From Calditrichia bacterium (GTDB lineage Bacteria > Calditrichota > Calditrichia > JAJRVZ01), in contig CAWCNS010000016.1 of NCBI GenBank assembly GCA_963796965.1, positions 206,769 to 270,768 of the forward strand: 64,000 nt of DNA, given 5' to 3'. Positions within the stretch are counted from its first letter, which is position 1, and every line of letters starts with the position of its first letter. Positions 52,503 to 61,607 of this stretch are shown in pieces. A program made the position numbers and the translations under genes. Under the pieces are notes generated by a model. That model ran no database searches and was not told the DNA's origin. It saw only the letters and a program-made list of their open reading frames with translations.

Positions 52503-53357
52503 ATGTATCTCATTACTGAGGCAAGGTTTCTTGCAGAAGATGTAAAACTTTTTAAGATTAAGGCACCAAAAATTGCGAGAAAAAGAGAAGCAGGACAATT
52601 TGTTATTATCAGAGTAGAGGAAAATGGTGAGCGTATTCCACTGACAATTGCAGATTCGGATAACGATAATGGTACGGTAACTATTATTGTACAGGGTGTA
52701 GGGAAAACCACCCGACAATTGAATAAAATGAATAGCGGCGATGAAATCCTGGATGTGGTTGGCCCACTTGGGATGCCTTCTCATATTGAAAAATTTGGTA
52801 CTACAGTAAGTATTGGAGGGGGAGTAGGATCGGCCATAGCATATCCGACTGCAGTCGCTTTAAAAAAGGCAGGCAACCATGTAATCACGATAAATGGGGC
52901 CAGAACAAAAGATCTGGTCATACTGGAAGATGAAATGAAGACTGTCAGTGATGAAGCTTATATTACCACGGATGATGGTAGTTATGGACATCATGGATTT
53001 GTCACCGATATGCTGCAAAAACTCATAGACGATGGAAAGAAAATTGATTTTGTACTGGCTATTGGTCCGATCCCAATGATGAGCGCAGTGGCAGAGGTGA
53101 CCAGACCCCATGGTATCAAAACAGTCGTGAGTTTAAATCCGATTATGATTGATGGTACGGGTATGTGCGGCGGTTGCCGGGTAACCGTGGGCGGGAAAAC
53201 CAAATTTGCATGTGTTGACGGCCCTGAATTTGATGCCCATGAGGTAGATTTTAAAAATCTGATCGACCGCAACCGGATGTATGCAGCCTATGAAAAAAAA
53301 TCTCTCGAAAACTATGAACATAAATGCAATTTGATAAATACTGTTGAAAATCGATAG
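52503..53357 (+). CDS. nfnA: NfnA/SudB small subunit of electron-bifurcating transhydrogenase
   Basis: ERIPLTIAD, GPLG, DGTGMCGGCRV..CVDGPEF. Confidence 0.88.
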   Translation: MYLITEARFLAEDVKLFKIKAPKIARKREAGQFVIIRVEENGERIPLTIADSDNDNGTVTIIVQGVGKTTRQLNKMNSGDEILDVVGPLGMPSHIEKFGTTVSIGGGVGSAIAYPTAVALKKAGNHVITINGARTKDLVILEDEMKTVSDEAYITTDDGSYGHHGFVTDMLQKLIDDGKKIDFVLAIGPIPMMSAVAEVTRPHGIKTVVSLNPIMIDGTGMCGGCRVTVGGKTKFACVDGPEFDAHEVDFKNLIDRNRMYAAYEKKSLENYEHKCNLINTVENR

Positions 53358-53365
53358 GTTGAATA

Positions 53366-53395
53366 AACCACAGAAAGACACAGAATATACACAGA
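53366..53395. repeat. Left arm: three CACAGA units at 10-11 bp spacing
   Basis: AACCACAGA AAGACACAGA ATATACACAGA. Confidence 0.8.
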
Positions 53396-53401
53396 ATTTA
53401 A

Positions 53402-53776
53402 ATGACTGACTTTCTCTATAAGGATCTTTCTTATAAAATTATTGGCGCTGCGAAGGAAGTTTATAAAACTTTAGGCAATGGGTTTCTGGAGTCCGTGTAT
53501 GAAGATGCCTTTTGTTATGAATTGGACAAATTAGCCGTTTGCTATCAACGGCAGGTGGAATTAGATGTTTTTTATAAAGACCGAATATTTGAAAGAAAAT
53601 TTAGAGCAGATCTTGTCATTGATGATAAAATATTAGTCGAAAACAAAGTTATAAAGAAGATATCTAATATAGAAGAAGCGCAACTGATAAACTATTTGAA
53701 AGTAACAAAATTAAAGGTTGGATTAATTTTGAATTATGGTAGCCCAAGATTTGAATTTATGAGAAGAATTTTCTAA
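53402..53776 (+). CDS. GxxExxY protein (PD-(D/E)XK-like)
   Basis: LGNGFLESVYE, RADL..VENK, AQLINYLK..GLILNY. Confidence 0.93.
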   Translation: MTDFLYKDLSYKIIGAAKEVYKTLGNGFLESVYEDAFCYELDKLAVCYQRQVELDVFYKDRIFERKFRADLVIDDKILVENKVIKKISNIEEAQLINYLKVTKLKVGLILNYGSPRFEFMRRIF

Positions 53777-53780
53777 TTCT

Positions 53781-53809
53781 TCTGTGTTTCTCTGTGTGAT
53801 TCTGTGGTT
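53781..53809. repeat. Right arm: three TCTGTG units at 10 bp spacing
   Basis: TCTGTGTTTC TCTGTGTGAT TCTGTGGTT; inverse of 53366-53395. Confidence 0.8.
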
Positions 53810-53855
53810 AAATAATACAACACATAAAGCAAAATATAAGTGAAAAGGAAAATCT

Positions 53856-55299
<1,444 letters not shown>

Positions 55300-55399
55300 T
55301 TGTCAATTCCCTTGTATCTTTTATTTTTTTCAAATCTTATTGGTCACAATCCGCTATAGTCTCAGTGTCAAAAGAAGATATGCTAAGGGGGAACGAAAG

Positions 55400-55855
55400 A
55401 TGCGAATTGATGCAAAATCCGTAGAGGAATATTTGGAGAAAATACCAGAAGATCGAAAAGAATATTTTAAAAAACTCAGAGAAACGATTAAAGAAAATAT
55501 CCCGGATGGATTTGTGGAAGAGATGAGTTATGGAATGATCGGATATGTTGTGCCGCACAGTATTTATCCCAAGGGTTATCACTGTGATCCCAAATTACCT
55601 TTACCTTTCACAAACATCGCTTCCCAAAAAAACTTTATTGCCTTATATCATTCAGGCATATATGCCAACCCTAAAATATTGAATTGGTTTGTTCAGGAAT
55701 ATCCAAAACATAGTAAACAAAAACTTGATATGGGAAAAAGTTGCGTGCGGTTTAAAAAAATCGAAGAGATTCCCTATCAATTGGTTGGGGAATTAATGCA
55801 GAAGATGTCTGTCGAAGATTGGGTTGAATTGTATGAGGAGAAAGTAAAAAGATAA
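55400..55855 (+). CDS. DUF1801 domain-containing protein
   Basis: YGMIGYVVPH..ASQKNFIALY..DMGKSCVRFK. Confidence 0.85.
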   Translation: MRIDAKSVEEYLEKIPEDRKEYFKKLRETIKENIPDGFVEEMSYGMIGYVVPHSIYPKGYHCDPKLPLPFTNIASQKNFIALYHSGIYANPKILNWFVQEYPKHSKQKLDMGKSCVRFKKIEEIPYQLVGELMQKMSVEDWVELYEEKVKR

Positions 55856-55869
55856 TTTGGAGTATCATT

Positions 55870-55900
55870 TGTAGAGACGTCCCGTCGGGACGTCTCTACA
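55870..55900. repeat. GTAG-type REP-like perfect palindrome between convergent genes
   Basis: TGTAGAGACGTCCCG-T-CGGGACGTCTCTACA. Confidence 0.75.
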
Positions 55901-56010
55901 TACGAATGAATTTAGATAGTTTATGCATATGTAACGGTGCTATTAAACGCTCCGCTCCCCCTGATTCCCTGGTGTGATCTAAGCAATCAAGGAGATCAAT
56001 ACCTGCCACA

Positions 56011-57390
56011 TCAACTATCCTTAAACTCTGCCACAATCGCTGAAATACTTTCCTTTGCATCGCCAAACAACATCCTGGTATTGGGTGCAAAAAAAAGTTC
56101 ATTCTGGATTCCTGCGAATCCTGCTGCCATAGACCGTTTCAGAACAAATACAGTTTTAGCATAGTCAACATTGATGATTGGCATACCATATATGGGGCTG
56201 CTCTCATCATGCCTGGATGCAGGATTTACCACATCATTGGCACCAATCACAACCGCTACATCTACAGTATTGATGATCGGATTGATATCATCCATTTCAT
56301 ATAGTTTATCATAAGATACATTTGCCTCGGCAAGCAAAACATTCATATGGCCGGGCATTCGTCCTGCGACTGGGTGTACTGCATAGTAAACATCAGCACC
56401 ATTAGCTTCCAGCAAATCCCCCAATTCCCGGACAACATGTTGCGCCTGGGCTACGGCTAAACCATATCCCGGTACAAAAGCAACAGAACTTGCAGCCTCC
56501 AGAATAAGATAAGCGTCTGCTGCTACAATAGGCTTTACTTCTCCCTGCTGCTCACCGCTTTTACCCGTAGTGGTCGTGGCACCAAATCCACTGAATAAAA
56601 CATTACTGAGGGATCTGTTCATAGCTTTGCACATAATATTAGTGAGGATAATACCGCTTGCCCCAACCAGGGCTCCAGCAACAATCAAAATATTGTTCTG
56701 AATAACAAAACCTGCTGCACAGGCTGCTAAGCCGGAATAACTATTTAATAGCGAGATCACCACGGGCATATCAGCGCCGCCGATGGGAATGACAACCATA
56801 ACACCTAAGATGAACGACAAGATAATAATGCCAATAAATAGTTCATAATTAATGGCTGGATTTATTATATAAATAACACCAACCGCTAATGTACCGAAGA
56901 ATAATAGGGCATTGACGATTTTTTGTCCAGGGAAAAGTGTTGGCTTTCCGCCGATAATCTCTGCTAATTTTGCAAATGCAATTAGACTACCTGTAAAGGT
57001 TACTCCTCCAATTAGAACCGAGAGGAAAATTGTTGTAATTGTAAAACTGTCAGCCATGGGAAAAGAATGATAGGCTTCCCAACCAACCAGAAGACTGGCG
57101 ATACCGCCAAATCCATTAAATAAGGCGACCATTTCGGGCATCTGGGTCATCGCAACCATCCGCGCAGCAAAAGCACCAATAATTGCACCTATAACAAAAC
57201 CGATCGCAATCCACTGAAAATCAACGATTTCTTTGCTGATTAGGGTTGTAACTACGGCAAGAAACATACCAATTGCCGAGATAAAATTTCCCCGTCGGGC
57301 AGTTGCAGGTGAACTTAACATCTTTAAACCATAGATGAATAAAGCACCTGAAATGATATATATAAGATTTACAATAATATCTATGCTCAT
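56011..57390 (-). CDS. pntB: NAD(P)+ transhydrogenase subunit beta
   Basis: MPEMVALFNG, IGGADMPVVISLLNSYSG, HPVAGRMPGHMNVLLAEA, GANDVVNP. Confidence 0.95.
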   Translation of the reverse strand: MSIDIIVNLIYIISGALFIYGLKMLSSPATARRGNFISAIGMFLAVVTTLISKEIVDFQWIAIGFVIGAIIGAFAARMVAMTQMPEMVALFNGFGGIASLLVGWEAYHSFPMADSFTITTIFLSVLIGGVTFTGSLIAFAKLAEIIGGKPTLFPGQKIVNALLFFGTLAVGVIYIINPAINYELFIGIIILSFILGVMVVIPIGGADMPVVISLLNSYSGLAACAAGFVIQNNILIVAGALVGASGIILTNIMCKAMNRSLSNVLFSGFGATTTTGKSGEQQGEVKPIVAADAYLILEAASSVAFVPGYGLAVAQAQHVVRELGDLLEANGADVYYAVHPVAGRMPGHMNVLLAEANVSYDKLYEMDDINPIINTVDVAVVIGANDVVNPASRHDESSPIYGMPIINVDYAKTVFVLKRSMAAGFAGIQNELFFAPNTRMLFGDAKESISAIVAEFKDS

Positions 57391-57691
57391 TTTTTATCCC
57401 CTGTCGATTTTTTCTTGAACATTCCCAACATTCTGTCTGTTACCATATAGCCACCGATAACATTGATCGTAGCAAAAGCTACCGCTGAAGTTGCCAGAAT
57501 GATGCTAATCGTTTCGTTTCCCGTAGATCCGGCAGCAATAACAGCACCGACAAGAGTAATTCCAGAAATGGCATTTGATCCGGACATGAGCGGGGTATGA
57601 AGTGTTGCGGGTACTTTAGATATAACTTCAAATCCAAGAAAATTGATAACATTAAAATAAATGCCAGAAAAATTAATGTAGTAGGGTCCAT
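57387..57691 (-). CDS. pntA2: NAD(P)+ transhydrogenase subunit alpha part 2, frameshift near 57640
   Basis: Joined frames read ..GFEVISKVPATLHTPLMSGSNAISG..VTDRMLGMF. Confidence 0.88.
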
Positions 57692-57720
57692 AATATTTCC
57701 TCTATAGTTTTTCGTTATTC

Positions 57721-57739
57721 TCCCGAATGTAATTCGGGA
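57721..57739. repeat. Short intergenic palindrome inside the pnt operon
   Basis: TCCCGAAT-GTA-ATTCGGGA. Confidence 0.4.
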
Positions 57740-57752
57740 TTTCGGAATCTCG

Positions 57753-58886
57753 TCATTTATTTAAATTCTTCATCATATCACAAAAAATCTCGCCCTGATA
57801 GGTAACCAGGCATCCCTTGATAATTTCATCCTCCAACTTTAATTTGAAGGATTTCGTATCATCGTCCCAGAACGTTGCCAATAATCCTGCCAGATTACTG
57901 GAATACATTTGTGTGGCATGAACAGGGACGCGTCCGGGTAAATTCTCCAAACCGATAATACGGACGCCGTTGATATCAACTTCCTCTCCAAGTTTTGATC
58001 CTTCAACATTTCCTCCCGTTTCCACAGCAAGATCAATTATCAGACTCCCCGGTTTCATACCCTGAACCATATCCTTGGTTATTATGATAGGGGCTTTTCG
58101 ACCAAAAACCTGTGCAGTGGTAATCACAACATCAGATTGGGCACAATGGCGTGCCATGGCTTCTCGTTGTTTGGCTAATTGTTCATCAGTAAGTGCTTTG
58201 GCATAGCCATCTTTTGTTTGCCCGGTTTCACCCAGGTCTATTTTGATAAACTTGGCGCCTAATGATTGAACCTGTTCTTCCACTGCAGGTCTTGTATCAA
58301 AGGCATCAACTCTGGCTCCCAGGCGCTTAGCTGTGGCAATTGCCTGCAGGCCCGCTACTCCGGCACCAATAATGAATACCCTGGCAGGAGTAATTGTTCC
58401 GGAAGGTGTCATCATCATTGGAAAAATTTTATCTAGACGTTCTGCCGCAACAATGACAGCAACATATCCAGCAAGACTTGCCTGAGAACTCAACGCATCC
58501 ATTTTTTGGGCAAGAGTTGTTCTGGGAATCAATTCCATAGAGATGGCATTAACCTGCTTTGATTTTAATTTTTCAATCAATGACGGCTGATTAAAGGGGT
58601 CCAGATAACTTATATGGATGCAGCCTTTTTTCAACCAATCGACCTCTTCTTCGGGAGGGATCCGAAGCCGAAGAACCATATCGGCCTCACTTATCATTTT
58701 TTTCCTGTCATCTGATATGGTTGCACCAGCTGCAGAATATTCTTCATCCTTGAAGCCAGATCCTAATCCCATACCTTTCTCCACGGTGATGTCGGCACCG
58801 CGTTTAACAAGATCCGCAACAGTTTGAGGATTAACAGGTACTCTTCTCTCTGAAGGATAGGTTTCTTTTGGAACCACTATTTTCAC
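57753..58886 (-). CDS. pntA1: NAD(P)+ transhydrogenase subunit alpha part 1
   Basis: ERRV, MDALSSQA..GY, GAGVAGLQA, DLAVETGGNVE. Confidence 0.95.
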   Translation of the reverse strand: MKIVVPKETYPSERRVPVNPQTVADLVKRGADITVEKGMGLGSGFKDEEYSAAGATISDDRKKMISEADMVLRLRIPPEEEVDWLKKGCIHISYLDPFNQPSLIEKLKSKQVNAISMELIPRTTLAQKMDALSSQASLAGYVAVIVAAERLDKIFPMMMTPSGTITPARVFIIGAGVAGLQAIATAKRLGARVDAFDTRPAVEEQVQSLGAKFIKIDLGETGQTKDGYAKALTDEQLAKQREAMARHCAQSDVVITTAQVFGRKAPIIITKDMVQGMKPGSLIIDLAVETGGNVEGSKLGEEVDINGVRIIGLENLPGRVPVHATQMYSSNLAGLLATFWDDDTKSFKLKLEDEIIKGCLVTYQGEIFCDMMKNLNK

Positions 58887-59026
58887 GAATTACCTCCTCT
58901 ACAAAATCATAAATTGACTATTTTAATATGATAACTTAATCATATACAGCAGTAAAATTTGATTACAGAATTTGCTAATTGGATGGTCTAAGAGTTCCCC
59001 CTGACGACACCCGGGAAATAATAAAA

Positions 59027-59099
59027 GCATGGCGCAGAGAGCAGAGTGTACAGACTGAATAGAAATAATATGCAATGCGCCACGCTCTAAGCATTATGC
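59027..59099. repeat. GCA-heptamer inverted repeat element
   Basis: GCATGGC GCAGAGA GCAGAGT ... GCAATGC GCCACGC TCTAAGC ATTATGC. Confidence 0.55.
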
Positions 59100-59134
59100 A
59101 GTCAAAATCTTATATAAATTAATCCTGCACTGTA

Positions 59135-60727
59135 CTAGTTGTGCGGGATTTGTTCTTTTTTCCCCGATTCCTCAAATTCATCTGTGTTCTTTGATGCCAC
59201 TGTTTGCCGAATGACACATACTTTTATCTGACCCGGATATTCCATTTCTTCTTTGATCTTTTTTGCAATATCAGATGAGAGTATTGCCGCCCGCTGATCA
59301 TCAATTCTTTCAGGTTCAACGATGACGCGTAATTCCCTCCCGGCAGATATGGCATAGGTTTTTGAAACCCCCTCAAAGGAATTTGCAATCTCTTCCAGAC
59401 CGGTGATTCTTTTTGTATAAGCCTCTAATGTATCTCTACGGGCACCAGGGCGACTACCACTTATCTTATCTGCAGCGGTGACCAGAACAGAAATTGGTGA
59501 AATGGGTTCTGCTTCTTCGTGATGAGCAAGGATTGAATTTATGACAACCTCATGCTCTTTATATTGCGTACAGAGATCCACGCCTAACTTGACATGACTT
59601 CCTTCTGAATTTATGGTAAGGGCTTTGCCAACATCATGAAACAGTCCGGCCCGTTTGGCTAACTTGATATTGAATCCCAGTTCTGCTGCCATCGCGCCAG
59701 ATAGCAAGGCTACCTCCTTAGAATGTTCAAGAATGTTCTGACCATAGCTAAAGCGATATTTTAACCTCCCTAGTGTTTCTTTAATTTTTGGATGCACATT
59801 CTTCAGACTAAGAAAACTTAACGTATCTTCGGCAGCCTTCAAAATTGTCCGATCCACTTCTTTTGTTGCCTTTGAAACAATCTGCTCTATGAGGTTTGGA
59901 TTGATATTTTTGGTTTTAATCAAATTCTCCATGGATAAGCGTGCAACTTCCCTACGGACAGGATCAAAACCGGATAGCACTATGAGCTCGGGTGTGTCAT
60001 CTACAATTACTTTTACACCAGTTATCTCTTCAAATGCACGAATATTTCGACCTTCCCGGCCAATGATCATTCCTTTGTATCGTTCATTGGGCAGTTGTAC
60101 TGTTGAAAGTGTCGATTCCATAGTGACTTCATAGGCAATGTTTTCAATTGCATAGGCTATAATTTCCTTTGCTTCCTTTTGAGCCGTTGCTTTTGCTTCA
60201 TCCTTGATATCAATAGCCATCTGCGCTGCTTCCATCTTGACACGATCTTCCAGATTCTTTTTCAATTCGTTTTTCGCGTCTTCAACAGAAATTCCGGCAA
60301 TTCTTTCTAATTTGGTGTTTTGCTCAGCAATTATAGATTCAACTTTTTGTTGTTTTTGAAGAAGGATTTCCTCTTTCTGCTCGAGCTTTTCATTGTGGCT
60401 CTTTAATTTATTTTCACCAAATTTCAGATTATTTTCAAGACGTCGCAGTTCTTTTTCTTTTGCTACAAGTCTTGCATCGCTTTTCTGAATCTGATTCTCT
60501 TTTGATTTAAATTCCTCATGAAACTTTGATCTTTTCTTCTGCATTTCTTCACGAAACTGGAACAGTTTTTCCTTTTTAGCTTTTTCTACTTCCAGATGAG
60601 CGCTGTCCAGTACTTCTTTCGCCGTATTTTTTTTCTTATGCAGGTAGGCTGTATAAAGACCTAATGTAACTAGACAGCCAACAATTAAACCAACAGCAGC
60701 GGATATTATAAGATATATCTCAGACAC
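59135..60727 (-). CDS. rny: Ribonuclease Y
   Basis: N-terminal TM, coiled coil, KH (IIGREGRNIR), HD (HS.EVA..FHDVGK), SRPGAR. Confidence 0.95.
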   Translation of the reverse strand: MSEIYLIISAAVGLIVGCLVTLGLYTAYLHKKKNTAKEVLDSAHLEVEKAKKEKLFQFREEMQKKRSKFHEEFKSKENQIQKSDARLVAKEKELRRLENNLKFGENKLKSHNEKLEQKEEILLQKQQKVESIIAEQNTKLERIAGISVEDAKNELKKNLEDRVKMEAAQMAIDIKDEAKATAQKEAKEIIAYAIENIAYEVTMESTLSTVQLPNERYKGMIIGREGRNIRAFEEITGVKVIVDDTPELIVLSGFDPVRREVARLSMENLIKTKNINPNLIEQIVSKATKEVDRTILKAAEDTLSFLSLKNVHPKIKETLGRLKYRFSYGQNILEHSKEVALLSGAMAAELGFNIKLAKRAGLFHDVGKALTINSEGSHVKLGVDLCTQYKEHEVVINSILAHHEEAEPISPISVLVTAADKISGSRPGARRDTLEAYTKRITGLEEIANSFEGVSKTYAISAGRELRVIVEPERIDDQRAAILSSDIAKKIKEEMEYPGQIKVCVIRQTVASKNTDEFEESGKKEQIPHN

Positions 60728-60829
60728 GGAAAACTCCTTTAATCTATATTAAATCTGTAGATAAAAATCTATTTCACCATGAATATATATTTATAGTACC
60801 AAAGGGTCAAAAAAATATTCTAAACCAAC

Positions 60830-60864
60830 AAAAAAGGGTAACGGCATATATACACCATTACCCT
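60830..60864 (-). terminator. Rho-independent terminator after ferredoxin
   Basis: Minus strand AGGGUAAUGGUGUA-UA-UAUGCCGUUACCCU-UUUUU; G-U pairs work only on this strand. Confidence 0.75.
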
Positions 60865-60895
60865 ATAATGCTAAGTGAAATAATGACACAAAAAA

Positions 60896-61174
<279 letters not shown>

Positions 61175-61192
61175 TTATCTGAATTATTGGAT

Positions 61193-61399
61193 TCAGTCCA
61201 ACAATCTGAATCCGACCTTTAGAATAACCTGATATTCTGAGACTTCATCTTCCTTGATGCCTCCCCGCATTTGAGCAACTTCGAACCAGCTCAATCCTTT
61301 CAAAGACTTTGACGCTTCTTTGATCGCACTCTTAATTGCATCCTCGTAACTCTTTGTGGAAACGCCTACAAGTTCAATAATTTTATAGGTTTTACTCAT
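61193..61399 (-). CDS. Dodecin (flavin-binding)
   Basis: YKIIELVGVS..WFEV..YQVILKVGF. Confidence 0.92.
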   Translation of the reverse strand: MSKTYKIIELVGVSTKSYEDAIKSAIKEASKSLKGLSWFEVAQMRGGIKEDEVSEYQVILKVGFRLLD

Positions 61400-61607
61400 A
61401 CAAAATTCCCCTTAAATAGGGATAATATAGATAATATAGGGCATTAATTCAATAGCTGTTTTGTATGATAAAGTTGATGGCTGAATTAGGTTTTTTATCT
61501 AAAATCTTCTTTTTTTATCACCTAAACTAAAAAAATCATTATATTGTGAACAATCTATTTTGCTCTAATAAGTTTAGTCCAACCATCTAGCAGATTTTAA
61601 ATATTCT

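Noticed and set aside
58981-59015. GATGGT...CTGACGACACC resembling a fluoride riboswitch
   Set aside because: Pseudoknot pairing fails and it is antisense to the flanking genes
60728-60895. 6S RNA upstream of rny
   Set aside because: The region holds only a terminator and AT-rich promoter DNA; no long bulged rod and no zapA
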